A stretch of 24,646 nucleotides of DNA from a virus (lineage: Duplodnaviria > Heunggongvirae > Uroviricota > Caudoviricetes), in the IMG/VR virus record IMGVR_UViG_2663763286_000010, positions 1 to 24,646 of that record; one strand, written 5' to 3'. The notes under the pieces are model-generated. The model worked only from the letters and a program-made list of their open reading frames with translations. It searched no databases and was not told the origin of the DNA. The position numbers and the translations under genes were made by a program. Positions 1 through 10,167 of this stretch are shown one piece after another (positions within the stretch are counted from its first letter, which is position 1; each line of letters starts with the position of its first letter).

Positions 1-327
1 TCATTTTTTCCAGAGGCGGTCGAACTCCGCCTTCGCAAAATAAGCGGAAGCCTGGCGAAGGATATCGTTACTGCGGCGCAGTTCACGATTTTCACGTTCC
101 AGCTCTTTCAGACGCTGACGTTCAGCGGTGGTGAGTCCACCATCACCACTCCCGGTATCCCGCTCATGCTGACGAACCCACACACGCAGAGTCTCTGGTG
201 TACAGCCAATCTTTGGGGCAATGGAACAAATTGCCGCCCATTGTGAGTCATATTCGCCCTGACTTTCCAGAACCATACGAACTGCCCGTTGACGGACCTC
301 GGGGGAAAAACGAGTATTTTTAGTCAT
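1..327 (-). CDS. IS3-family transposase OrfA (helix-turn-helix plus leucine-zipper N-terminal protein), 108 aa
   Basis: [60 protein letters not shown]...[36 protein letters not shown] is a typical IS3/IS629-group OrfA; it sits directly inside the terminal repeat. Confidence 0.9.
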   Translation of the reverse strand: MTKNTRFSPEVRQRAVRMVLESQGEYDSQWAAICSIAPKIGCTPETLRVWVRQHERDTGSGDGGLTTAERQRLKELERENRELRRSNDILRQASAYFAKAEFDRLWKK

Positions 328-381
328 CCTGTTTACCTCTTTCTCAGGGAGTTTAGTCTCCAGGATTTCCGGGGCGGTTCA
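1..381 (-). mobile_element. Partial IS3-family insertion sequence (IS629-like), terminal inverted repeat ending at 381; the rest of the element lies beyond the window start
   Basis: Reverse complement of 342-381 reads TGAACCGCCCCGGAAATCCTGGAGACTAAACTCCCTGAGAAAGAGG, an IS3-family terminal repeat (TGAACCGCC...) followed inward by orfA. A matching end occurs at 24486. Confidence 0.85.
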
Positions 382-933
382 CTTTCTGAGAATTTCTTCT
401 GTAATTGCGGACTGATCTATCGTGCCAGTAATACCCATTGTCCGGGCCAGGTCGTTTATGGGAATACTGATCATCCCTCTGGAAGTCAGAAACATCTCGC
501 CGAATGTGCCGCCGGTAGTCTCCAATGTGCTTTCTGGTATTAGAACTGTGCCATAGGGATGACGCTCAAGGTCCACCGGTGCATATATCGGATCCCATAA
601 AACAGAAATACCGTTAAATTCGCGGTAAATTGTCTGGTTTATAGGACGTTCAGTTCCCTTAAAGTGGATCTCATCAAGCCGCTGTTGTAACAACATCGGA
701 ACGGAAGATGAGTCCGAGGTTCTGATAGTAAAGAACTGGCCAAGTTCATTTGTCCTGGTCTCCAGATCCTCCTTGCTCATGGAGAAAATAGACTTCCGGT
801 TGGTAATTCGCTCCAACCATGGGTCAACAAAGGTGTCCATCATTGACTGAACCAAATCAGCCAATGATTTATAGAGCAATGACTTTTGCTTAGCTGATGT
901 AAGCCGGTTATTAAACCAGGAACGCTGCATCAC
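379..933 (-). CDS. Phage tail/baseplate morphogenesis protein, probably truncated at its 3' end by the IS insertion (position of P1 gene 16)
   Basis: 184-aa ORF whose stop codon TGA (379-381 on the minus strand) is the first three bases of the IS terminal repeat TGAACC; 4-bp start/stop overlap with the upstream gene (930-933). Product assignment is by position in the P1-like tail block only. Confidence 0.5.
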   Translation of the reverse strand: MMQRSWFNNRLTSAKQKSLLYKSLADLVQSMMDTFVDPWLERITNRKSIFSMSKEDLETRTNELGQFFTIRTSDSSSVPMLLQQRLDEIHFKGTERPINQTIYREFNGISVLWDPIYAPVDLERHPYGTVLIPESTLETTGGTFGEMFLTSRGMISIPINDLARTMGITGTIDQSAITEEILRK

Positions 934-2363
934 TCCTCCTCATACGAAATATTAAAGGTGGAGTTTTCTGTATCCAGATAAACGAAATCGTAAAAGCCGT
1001 TGGACTCATTCCACTCGACAAATTCCAGATAAAAGTCGCGGAAATAACCCAGCGTTTCGATAAACGCCCAAACGTCTTTTTTCTTAATCAGGATGTACTT
1101 CCCGACGCGGTTCGGATCAAAGAAAGTTGAGTCGCGCCCAAATTTTGTTTCCAGTGCCGACTTCAGCTCATCGGTCACATTCTCAATGGTCAGGCTTGCC
1201 GATATCCGTCCGGTGATGGTTATCTTAAATGGTAGTTTTCTGACCTCCTTATACGAGAATTTCTTGTTCAACTCATTCGGCACCTTCTTAAAGGCAGCCA
1301 GGATCATTTCTTCAAGCTCTGACTGGCTTTTATTTGGATGCCACCCTGAAATAAATATCTTATTGATATTCCGAACATTATAAGCACCATCTAATTTCTC
1401 TTGCTGGCCTTCGCCCCATGCCTTTACCCATGACAGTCCCGGGATGTTACGCACCAGAAAATACGTATAGTCCCCGCCCCATACGACCTGATCATCATAG
1501 GCAAGGTAATATTGTGCACGGTTACGTGTGATCTCCGTTGTTTCGGCATCGGTACCTGCGGTTATAGGTGTCGTTGTCTTAACTGAAATCAAATTAGCTA
1601 AATTAGCCGCAGAATCGACAGGCGTCAGGTTTTGGCCAGCAACCAGGGTTATATCGCCGTTGGTGCACCATACCTTAAGCGTAATGGTCGAGCCTTCTGG
1701 CGGTATTTGCCCAATTAGCCCATCACCGAATCGAACCCCCAACTGCTCGGATGGTTTATAAAACTCAACGTAGACCTGGCTTTTACTACCGGCTAACCGG
1801 AACATAGTGCTGGAAGACCACTGCGTGGTCTTACCATCGGTCGTCACGAATACTTCCAGCTTATAGCAGACAGCAGTGAGAGCCTTTGATAACACGACTT
1901 CCAGAAATTCTTTGGCTACCGTAACGGTATATGTCACCTCCTGGATTTCCAACTGTGCCACTTCTACCGTACCGGTGCCGTCAACCAACCTGCATACATC
2001 CATAGTCATGTAAGGGTACTGGTCGTCAGATATTAAAGGCATGTTTTTGGGGATTACCGCTGGGGCATCTTCACTTGTGGCGGTGATCTCAATCATCCCC
2101 GATGACGGTGTTGGCTTGGTACCAACGTAACTATTCGTTTCTGCCGCTGCCAGGATAGAGGAACGCCGCGTCGCGGTCGATATAAAGCCTTCAGCCAGCG
2201 CCGCATCGGCATACTGAAAGCACCTGTAGACAATCTGGGTAATAAACAATGTCAGCATCGAGACAAATTGAGAGCCGACAAACTTCGACCAGAATGAATC
2301 TTTCTCGACAAGCTCTTCGAACTCTGCACGAATACTGTCTTTAGTCGGTGTTGTTTTACTCAT
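930..2363 (-). CDS. Putative baseplate protein (position of P1 BplA)
   Basis: 477-aa ORF in the minus-strand tail block immediately downstream of sit and the 119-aa gene; overlapping stop/start junctions (ATGA at 2360-2363) typical of a phage morphogenesis operon. The name is by synteny with P1, not confirmed. Confidence 0.5.
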   Translation of the reverse strand: MSKTTPTKDSIRAEFEELVEKDSFWSKFVGSQFVSMLTLFITQIVYRCFQYADAALAEGFISTATRRSSILAAAETNSYVGTKPTPSSGMIEITATSEDAPAVIPKNMPLISDDQYPYMTMDVCRLVDGTGTVEVAQLEIQEVTYTVTVAKEFLEVVLSKALTAVCYKLEVFVTTDGKTTQWSSSTMFRLAGSKSQVYVEFYKPSEQLGVRFGDGLIGQIPPEGSTITLKVWCTNGDITLVAGQNLTPVDSAANLANLISVKTTTPITAGTDAETTEITRNRAQYYLAYDDQVVWGGDYTYFLVRNIPGLSWVKAWGEGQQEKLDGAYNVRNINKIFISGWHPNKSQSELEEMILAAFKKVPNELNKKFSYKEVRKLPFKITITGRISASLTIENVTDELKSALETKFGRDSTFFDPNRVGKYILIKKKDVWAFIETLGYFRDFYLEFVEWNESNGFYDFVYLDTENSTFNISYEEE

Positions 2364-2719
2364 AGCACCACGTCCTGTGTGATAGTTATATCCCTGATAC
2401 GAATGGATATTTTCAACTTATCAAAAGCATCTCCCTCGGCTACTGACAAGCCAGAAATCGGTATGTCAGGTAAATCTACCGTCAGTTTTTGCAACAGCAT
2501 TGCCTCAACCGCAATTTGAACATGCGACAAGTTGGTCGGTTCGTGTTTAAACTGCGGTAAAACATTGCCCCATGACGGATCTCCGTATACCTCACCCTGA
2601 TAAGTGTTTAGCCACTCATATAAACGAGCGCCCCAGGCCTCCTCCTGGGACTCATACGTTTTTACGCCGGATAACTCCAGCGTCAGCAAAGGATCAATTT
2701 CGTTATTGTTGGCCATCAA
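2360..2719 (-). CDS. Small tail morphogenesis protein (position of P1 PmgA)
   Basis: 119-aa ORF translationally coupled to sit upstream and the 477-aa gene downstream; no recognisable motif. Confidence 0.45.
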   Translation of the reverse strand: MMANNNEIDPLLTLELSGVKTYESQEEAWGARLYEWLNTYQGEVYGDPSWGNVLPQFKHEPTNLSHVQIAVEAMLLQKLTVDLPDIPISGLSVAEGDAFDKLKISIRIRDITITQDVVL

Positions 2720-5136
2720 TCAACTCTCGCGTAGTCATTCATCAACGGATCATCAATTGACAGTGGCACCGTGCGCATAACGCCCGGTTGAGGCGTGCTG
2801 ACCTTTACGACAGTTCCCTGGCCTTTCGCCGAGTCTTTAGTGTGCTCTTCAATCCTGGCGAGCAATGAGGTCATCTGCGCAAACAGCCGCTTCGTTTCAC
2901 CATCAAGTGAAACGGTATTATCAGCCAACTGCATTGTCGGCTTGGCACCGGAGCCGCCAAGGTCACTAATAACCTGTCCGTCTATCTGCATACGACCGGT
3001 TGGTTGCTGCAAATCGTTGGCGGCAGTCGTCACCAGGGACGTGGAGGCTGGTTCAGGCGCATTATTTTTCCGCATCCCCGGCGAGTTGCGGAGTTTATCG
3101 AATAGTCCATCAATCCCCATTTGTGCGCCGAGTTGGTCAAAGTAACTTGAGTTGCTGGCCACCGGACGCGCCTCTTCAACTGGCATCGGAGTATCAACAT
3201 ACACATTGCCAGCTGCTGTTGCGGTCCCCTTCCCTCGTGCACGTTCTTCGAGCGTTCCCTGAACGACTTCCCGACGCATACCCCGGCCATTCATGAATTT
3301 GTTGACCAGATCGTTAACACCAACAGCATTGCCAATTTTGTCTACCAGACCGCCTTTCTCAAACGGGCTATCACCAGGGGTAAACGCCAGGCCAGTAGAC
3401 TGATCGATAACAGCGTTATCAGGTATCTTTTCGTGAATTGCTGGTGCGCTATGATCTACCTTAGAGCCATAAACGGCACCATTATTGAGCATCTGCTGAT
3501 ACCCTCTGACACGAGTAACATATTCGCCGGTACCGGCGACTACTCTCCCCTTATCAACATGCCCCATACCAGCATGATAGGCAGCTATTGCACGACCCTG
3601 ATCACCGTTATAACGGTTCATCAGCATACTTAGGTATCTGGCGGCACCATCAGCTGCTTTTCGTGTATCCATGGCATCAGCATCGCTGAGTCCAAGATCC
3701 TCCCTTGTACCTTTAGTGATCTGAAAAGCCCCAAGGGCAGATGAAAGTTTGTTCCCGTTTTTGTCTACTGGATTTCCAGTTCTCTGGCCTGCACTAGACT
3801 CTGCGGATGCAACTGCTGACAGAATCCCTTTTTCAAGCCCATACTTACGTTCAAGCTCATCAAAATAATCGGCATTGTCAGAAATCCATTGGTATCCGGC
3901 AGCATTTAATTTTGGCAAAGAAACATCCTTGCCATTGTTAAATCGACGTTTATCTATCTCATATGCACTTAATGCTTCCTCCTTACCTGTAGCAGACTGG
4001 CCCAAGGCAGCATCAATTGTTTGTGCTGCTTTATTTCCTGTTTCTACGGCATTTGCATTGATAATCTGATTAGCAGTTTCTTTAACTGTTTTATTGCTAT
4101 CTTTCGCCATATCCAGGGCCGCATTTATCACGCGGGCAGCAATATTAGTCTGTTTGGCATCGGATTCAGCTTTAGAATCAGATGTCCCCTGCTGGCTATT
4201 AACCGGAGCTTTTAACTCTGGAGTGATTTCTTTCGCATTAGCCTCGCCGATCGGATTGGGTATTTTTGATACAATCATTGCCGCAGGGGTATTTTTAACG
4301 GCATCAACCGCTGCATCTAATGCTTTACCTGGTAAATTTTTAACCCCATCCCAAATATTACTAGCTGCCTCTTTAATGTGTTTCCCTGGGTTCTTAATGA
4401 AATCAATTGCACTATCAATTGCATCACTGAAAACCTGTTTCAGGTTATCGACAGTAAAGAAGTCTTTGATGGCATCCAGCTTTTCAAGCAGCTTATTAGA
4501 TGTATCGCTAAACCATGCTGAAACAGCATCACCAATCTTTGCTGTGTAATCATCGAACTTGGTAGAAATGGTGTCGCCAAGGTTAGAAATATATGTTTCT
4601 AAGTTGGTAATCCCACTATCAATGGCCTGGGCAATACTTTCCGTCGAAAATGATTGCAACATATTGCCGATATCCTCAAATCCAAGTGATTTGAGAACAT
4701 CACCAATAGCACTGCTAATACCAGATACCAGCCCCCCCAAATCAAGAACATTGGCTAACGTATAAGCGGCTTTTTGCTGGAATGATGGATCTTGTCCTGA
4801 TTTAAGCCCAAACGCTCGACGTTGCGCTTCTGTATCATTCCAACCGGTTACCGCATCATAAATACCTCCAGCCACTGTGCCGACTAGGGGAATTGCGCGT
4901 AACGCCCCTTTACCAACTGCCTTTAATCCAAGTTTACCTGCTGCCCGGGCAGCCAAATCTCCGCCTTCATGGGCGAGAGTCTTCTTGCCACCACCGCGTA
5001 GCATTCCTACAAGTTTCTTTGCCCCCAGAGCGCCAAAAGCGAGTGCTCCAGCTTTTTTCAGCATGCCACGCCCCATTAACAACGACGCGACGCCACCGGC
5101 CCCCTTCCCTAACAGGCTAAATAATTTGGACAGCAA
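2716..5136 (-). CDS. sit: Sit-like tail tape-measure / structural injection transglycosylase, C-terminal segment with lytic transglycosylase (SLT) domain; same reading frame as 5284-6081
   Basis: 806-aa ORF with Gly/Ala/Lys-rich N-terminus and an SLT-like segment (ILSAVASAESSAGQ...GAFQITKGTREDLG...AAYHAGMGHV). The listed start at 5136 is TTG; the frame is open up to a TAA at 5284-5286. Confidence 0.85.
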   Translation of the reverse strand: MLSKLFSLLGKGAGGVASLLMGRGMLKKAGALAFGALGAKKLVGMLRGGGKKTLAHEGGDLAARAAGKLGLKAVGKGALRAIPLVGTVAGGIYDAVTGWNDTEAQRRAFGLKSGQDPSFQQKAAYTLANVLDLGGLVSGISSAIGDVLKSLGFEDIGNMLQSFSTESIAQAIDSGITNLETYISNLGDTISTKFDDYTAKIGDAVSAWFSDTSNKLLEKLDAIKDFFTVDNLKQVFSDAIDSAIDFIKNPGKHIKEAASNIWDGVKNLPGKALDAAVDAVKNTPAAMIVSKIPNPIGEANAKEITPELKAPVNSQQGTSDSKAESDAKQTNIAARVINAALDMAKDSNKTVKETANQIINANAVETGNKAAQTIDAALGQSATGKEEALSAYEIDKRRFNNGKDVSLPKLNAAGYQWISDNADYFDELERKYGLEKGILSAVASAESSAGQRTGNPVDKNGNKLSSALGAFQITKGTREDLGLSDADAMDTRKAADGAARYLSMLMNRYNGDQGRAIAAYHAGMGHVDKGRVVAGTGEYVTRVRGYQQMLNNGAVYGSKVDHSAPAIHEKIPDNAVIDQSTGLAFTPGDSPFEKGGLVDKIGNAVGVNDLVNKFMNGRGMRREVVQGTLEERARGKGTATAAGNVYVDTPMPVEEARPVASNSSYFDQLGAQMGIDGLFDKLRNSPGMRKNNAPEPASTSLVTTAANDLQQPTGRMQIDGQVISDLGGSGAKPTMQLADNTVSLDGETKRLFAQMTSLLARIEEHTKDSAKGQGTVVKVSTPQPGVMRTVPLSIDDPLMNDYARVD

Positions 5137-5283
5137 GCCGCCCTTCTTTTTCCCGGTGTTTTTGGCTATCTGATCAAGGGCGCTGAGAATCTTGTCATTG
5201 CCCTCTTTAATTTCGCTGGTCTGATCCTGAAGTTCCTGAACCGTCCGTTTTTGGGTGTTAACCTGAACGACATCGGCACTATT

Positions 5284-6081
5284 TTACGATTTACGCCTAA
5301 AAAAACCTTTTCTACGGCTGTTATCGTCATTGCCACGAATCACATCGGCAATAGACTTTCTGGCACCATTAAGCGATCCACCAACTTCTTTTGATATCCC
5401 GCCAAGCTCCTTCCCTGCGGCCCACAATGGACCAGCAACGGCATAACCTAACGCATCGACGGCACGAGTCTCTGAAGGGTTACCTATGCCTTCAGCTACT
5501 TTTGACAGTTTTTTTAATAAACCTGATTCAGCATTTAGACGCTCATCATCCTCTTTGCGCCTGGCCTTTTCAGCACGGGCATCTTCCGCTGCGGCCTTAC
5601 TCCCTGACTTTCCAATAAAACGACCACGCGCATCGCGTTGGTTTTGGCTTTTTTGCGCACCGCCTTTTTGACCGAACATTTCGCGAGCGTGTTCGGCTGC
5701 TTCGGTCCGTTGCGCCTTTACATCTTCTGTTATAGCCTTCTTGCGTCGTTTTTTACCCTTTCGCGTAGTTGATTTGGCCTGCGGTTCCTGTAGAGCAACA
5801 TCCTCCTGAACTACACGAGAAACGTCCCCTAAATTAAGCCGTTTCATTGCCTCAACAATAGGGTCCACTGATGGCGCATTGGCCACAAAGTCTGGCCGGG
5901 AATTTTCGATTGTGCGATTTAATGCCGACACACTGCGAGAGACAGGATCAACTGTAGCAACTCGCCCCCCTTTCAAATCTTCAACGGCTTCCCGAATACC
6001 TGCAAGCTCTTCCAGCTCTTTTGCGCTGGCGGTTTCAACCGTCCTTATCACATCGTCAATGTTGGCGTTTTTTCTTTCCAT
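5284..6081 (-). CDS. sit: Sit-like protein, N-terminal segment (265 aa), terminated by an in-frame TAA that separates it from the 2716-5136 segment
   Basis: Same frame as 2716-5136 ((5284-2716) is divisible by 3); translating 5137-5283 by hand gives 49 sense codons and no stop. The stop lies next to an A7 run (5299-5305). Confidence 0.7.
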   Translation of the reverse strand: MERKNANIDDVIRTVETASAKELEELAGIREAVEDLKGGRVATVDPVSRSVSALNRTIENSRPDFVANAPSVDPIVEAMKRLNLGDVSRVVQEDVALQEPQAKSTTRKGKKRRKKAITEDVKAQRTEAAEHAREMFGQKGGAQKSQNQRDARGRFIGKSGSKAAAEDARAEKARRKEDDERLNAESGLLKKLSKVAEGIGNPSETRAVDALGYAVAGPLWAAGKELGGISKEVGGSLNGARKSIADVIRGNDDNSRRKGFFRRKS

Positions 6082-6162
6082 GATCTTATCGCCTACCGCT
6101 TCGGTTTAAGTTTTTCTTCCAGTTTCTCCAACAGGAAAAACGCATAGGATTCAGTGAGCCTT

Positions 6163-7044
6163 TCAGCGTCCTGAATCGGTATACCCCCATACAAAACCAG
6201 GTTGGACACTAAGGTCTGATAGCTTTTCAATCCCCACCTGTGGAATGAAGTCGGTAGCCCGAAAGGGCACCCACAGACGGGTATACGCACCCTCTGTGGA
6301 CTCCTTTGTATCCTGGTTTGGGCATTTGTGCGGCGGGAGACGAAGACGCATTTCGCCTTTATCGATGTAGCACGGTAAACCATGTTCGAGCTTTTCATGA
6401 GCCAGCCGGATGTGTGCCGCCAGCTTCATAAATTCAGTATCAATGGCCATCCGTTTAATCGTTTCATAACGACGCTCAGCCTGATCTTCACGAGTACCGC
6501 TAACATCGTTATAAAGCTCACACTGATAAGCGAATTCCCAAAAACGCAAATCAACGATCGCTTCTTTGAATTCCGCGTCGTCTTCAGGTGGCAATGCTGC
6601 ACGGCGCATCTCCAGCATTTCCATTGCCCAACCATCAAGCGGCACGATACGCCATTGATAAGGTACTCCCTCTACAGACACCTCAATATCGTCAATGAAA
6701 GGTTCCACTTCCAGGACCTGGATATCTTCAGCCAGAGCATTCATATCACAATCGTAATAATGCTCTTTACCGCAATGTTTACAGGTGTAGGTGAATGTCT
6801 CGACCGGTGTTTCACGGGAGCCAGTAAATATCCACCATAACGCGGTAATCCGGTCCTGCGCCGTCCATGTCAGGGGATCATATTTCGCGGGTTCAGCCAG
6901 CAAGGCTTTTAAATACGCCGTTGTCTGTTGTTCTTGTTCCTCCGGTGTTATCGAGTTGAAACGCATCGCATCAGCAATATTTGGCTGACGGAACTGGATC
7001 AATTCGGTTGGCCGCGATGGTAGCGGGAAAAGAGGTAAAAGCAT
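6163..7044 (-). CDS. Tail morphogenesis protein (position of P1 PmgB)
   Basis: 293-aa ORF just upstream of sit on the same strand; contains a CxxC pair (CKHCGKEH). Name by synteny only. Confidence 0.45.
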   Translation of the reverse strand: MLLPLFPLPSRPTELIQFRQPNIADAMRFNSITPEEQEQQTTAYLKALLAEPAKYDPLTWTAQDRITALWWIFTGSRETPVETFTYTCKHCGKEHYYDCDMNALAEDIQVLEVEPFIDDIEVSVEGVPYQWRIVPLDGWAMEMLEMRRAALPPEDDAEFKEAIVDLRFWEFAYQCELYNDVSGTREDQAERRYETIKRMAIDTEFMKLAAHIRLAHEKLEHGLPCYIDKGEMRLRLPPHKCPNQDTKESTEGAYTRLWVPFRATDFIPQVGIEKLSDLSVQPGFVWGYTDSGR

Positions 7045-7058
7045 CCTTGCTCCTTAAT

Positions 7059-7670
7059 TCAAAGAGAAAAGCTAAAGCCCAGAAGGGAAGCCAAAGAACT
7101 TGAGGATTGGTTAAACGTGCTGTGCAATGCGAAGGTCATTGGGAATGACTTAAATTCCGTAACCTGATCCCGCGCATAGGTGACATCGCCGGTAGTGACC
7201 GGGAATACCGTCATCTCATTTTCCAGTTTGGTTAAGCCGGAAGACAGCAACCGATAAATACGCACATTGAGCAAATATTTAGATGGTATGTTCCCGGTAC
7301 CGTCAGGATTGATCACCCGACTTTTTGCCGTCTTAAACCAGTCCAAAACGAGGCCATCAACAGTGTCCCTGACCATCATTGTTATCTGCCCAGGCGAACG
7401 CTCCGTTGGCTGAAGGATATTCCCCCCGCCGATTTTAATCGTTTCATATTCGATGCTGTAATCGTGGTAGGTAATGTCTTTGGCAAAGAAGTCTGCCCCC
7501 TCCAGTCCATCAACTTCGACAGAGAACTGCCATCCTTGCGCGAACAGCATTTTGTTCATGATGATTGACGTCAGCTTACCAACTTCCCGCTCACCAACGC
7601 CGGAGCCAAATAATGTCGTCGTTAATGCCGAAGATACATAAGACTTTACTGAAGCAACATTAAGCCCCAT
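7059..7670 (-). CDS. Putative tail tube protein (position of P1 Tub)
   Basis: 203-aa ORF in the tail block, 14 bp after the previous gene; size and position fit a tube-type protein in P1-like phages. Not confirmed by motif. Confidence 0.4.
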   Translation of the reverse strand: MGLNVASVKSYVSSALTTTLFGSGVGEREVGKLTSIIMNKMLFAQGWQFSVEVDGLEGADFFAKDITYHDYSIEYETIKIGGGNILQPTERSPGQITMMVRDTVDGLVLDWFKTAKSRVINPDGTGNIPSKYLLNVRIYRLLSSGLTKLENEMTVFPVTTGDVTYARDQVTEFKSFPMTFALHSTFNQSSSSLASLLGFSFSL

Positions 7671-7680
7671 ATCAGCCCCC

Positions 7681-8288
<608 letters not shown>

Positions 8289-8401
8289 TTGTCATTTGTT
8301 ACCGGTCAGTCTACACATTTCAGATACTACGTTAAAACAACTCAAGTGCTTCAAGTAGCAAATCGCCATCAACACCCAGCCCAAAGATGCGGAGATAAAA
8401 T

Positions 8402-9586
8402 TCAAGCCTTAAGAGGCTTTGTGTATGTTCGAGGAATCCATCCAGTAATAAACTCATCCCCTGATTTAACCTGCACGTAAAGCCATTGACGATCTTTCTT
8501 ATCTAAAATAGCAACAATTGTGTTTTTGCCAATGCATTCAATCACTTCACTATTTAAAGAAGGACTGACATGTAATCTTACGTTATCACCAGTTATAAAC
8601 CTAAAGCCATTGAGATCTTCCCACTTAATTTCTGTATTTTCTTTAATTAATTTTTGTTTTGATATTGGTGCATCCTCATATAGGGATACAGAATATGATT
8701 CTGTCTTGTGTATTTGCGATAAGATTTGTTCTTTTGCATAATCAGCAATAGCGCCAAGCACCACTTCTGTCAAAAGCCACATAATAATAAACTGAAGCGG
8801 GTGAGGGAGCGACTTAAATGAATCAATGAACGTCGAACTGGATTTATTTAATTCTTTGTCTTGAACATCACTTTCGTTGTGAGATGTTTCAATAGCACCT
8901 TCGACATAAGCCTGTGCAATTGATGAAAGACTTTGCTCCATTATTTGATGTAATGAAGCCTTTTGCGCAAGGGTATATTGTTTTAATGATTCTGTTATTT
9001 CATTATTTAAATCTATCTTATGACTTACATTTTGTCGCAATTCATTAAGCATTGCTTGCATGTTATTTAAACCAGCTTGCTTAGTAAGCATCTCGAACTG
9101 GTTTCGTGACGGCATAGCAATTTCTGCCTGTTTCCTTAGCATTTGAATGTATTTATTGGCATCACGCGGGAAAAAAGCCAGAGCCTGTTTCTGTAAAATA
9201 TCAATATGTTTACGATACTCGTTGCCTATTTCTGCCAAATTCGGTCTATGCGAAAACTGTTTTAGAATAGAATCACTAATTAAGGCTTGTGTACTCAACT
9301 TTGCAAGTTGTTCTTGAGCATGGCGCGATATTCTTAACTGTTTTTGCAAGATTGCCATATGTTCTTTATACGATGGAATGATTGCGTTTTTTTGCAGTTC
9401 TGCCAACTGTCTAACCAAATTATTAGAAGCATATTCTGATTTTAATAAATCACTTGCCGATGTATATCCTGGCATTTTGATTTTACTTAAATTATCTCGC
9501 CAAGTAATATTTGAATCTCTATTATAGAGATCGCTTACTGAGCCAAGTGCAAGTTTTTTAATATCCTTCACTTTATTCACCGTCAT
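8402..9586 (-). CDS. Accessory membrane protein: N-terminal coiled-coil region with internal LxKQ repeats, one predicted transmembrane helix, C-terminal SH3b-like domain
   Basis: 394-aa ORF in a markedly AT-rich stretch; repeated motifs (HMAILQKQLRIS, HIDILQKQALAF, YIQMLRKQAEIA, FEMLTKQAGL); hydrophobic segment FIIMWLLTEVVLGAIADYA; C-terminus LNGFRFITGDNVRLHVSPSLNSEVIECIGKNTIVAILDKKDRQWLYVQVKSGDEFITGWIP resembles bacterial SH3 domains. The true start may lie downstream of 9586. Confidence 0.6.
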   Translation of the reverse strand: MTVNKVKDIKKLALGSVSDLYNRDSNITWRDNLSKIKMPGYTSASDLLKSEYASNNLVRQLAELQKNAIIPSYKEHMAILQKQLRISRHAQEQLAKLSTQALISDSILKQFSHRPNLAEIGNEYRKHIDILQKQALAFFPRDANKYIQMLRKQAEIAMPSRNQFEMLTKQAGLNNMQAMLNELRQNVSHKIDLNNEITESLKQYTLAQKASLHQIMEQSLSSIAQAYVEGAIETSHNESDVQDKELNKSSSTFIDSFKSLPHPLQFIIMWLLTEVVLGAIADYAKEQILSQIHKTESYSVSLYEDAPISKQKLIKENTEIKWEDLNGFRFITGDNVRLHVSPSLNSEVIECIGKNTIVAILDKKDRQWLYVQVKSGDEFITGWIPRTYTKPLKA

Positions 9587-10079
9587 CTTGCTTTAAACAC
9601 CCATCATTTTTAGCTTCCTTGTAAATACTTGAAATTCCATCAAGAGAGAATGATGTAATTCGACGCGATCCGATATATACATCCATGTTTTTTTCTTTTG
9701 TGGCTGACGCTGACTTCCAAAAAGAATACCATTCCCTACGATTTGGAGCAGTGTTTTGCGTGCCAATATTAAAGCTATCCGGACCAACAATTAAGGTAAT
9801 TACATCAGCTTTACGAGAAATTGTGTCGCGTGTAGAAAAATCAGCATTCTCTTTCCCTCCGCTTACATACAAATTTCTTCCGGCGATATGATCTTCGGAA
9901 CCTTCCCTTGCTCCAGCATCACAAGAAAAGTTAATTGTATAACCATCGTCATTGGTTGCAGAGATTTCTCTCCATCCTTGCTCACCTCCTACCGTCCAAG
10001 CGGTAGAACCTGCCATTGCTGATAATGGCAGAAAAGAGGATATTAATAAAAAGCTATACAATGACTTATACAATTTCAT
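9573..10079 (-). CDS. Accessory secreted protein with N-terminal signal peptide (168 aa)
   Basis: N-terminus MKLYKSLYSFLLISSFLPLSAMA fits a Sec signal peptide with an AxA cleavage site; overlaps the start of the downstream 394-aa ORF by 14 nt (translational coupling); AT-rich codon usage. Confidence 0.6.
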   Translation of the reverse strand: MKLYKSLYSFLLISSFLPLSAMAGSTAWTVGGEQGWREISATNDDGYTINFSCDAGAREGSEDHIAGRNLYVSGGKENADFSTRDTISRKADVITLIVGPDSFNIGTQNTAPNRREWYSFWKSASATKEKNMDVYIGSRRITSFSLDGISSIYKEAKNDGCLKQDDGE

Positions 10080-10167
10080 ATTTTTATCCTTTTGGTTTTA
10101 GATATTATAGGCATAGTCCATATTGTTAGGTCCACTATGCCCAGAGAATTTAATATTATTCATTAAA

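Noticed and set aside
2795-5173. Multiple plus-strand ORFs (for example 2795-3145, 3000-3296, 4094-4549, 4877-5173) inside the sit gene
   Set aside because: They are antisense to a long ORF with a recognisable SLT domain and have low-complexity or Pro/Ser-rich translations typical of shadow ORFs.
6093-6398. 101-aa minus-strand ORF overlapping the 3' end of the 6163-7044 gene
   Set aside because: Out-of-frame overlap with the longer, better-supported gene; probably a frame artefact, though a short C-terminal frameshift product cannot be excluded without alignment.
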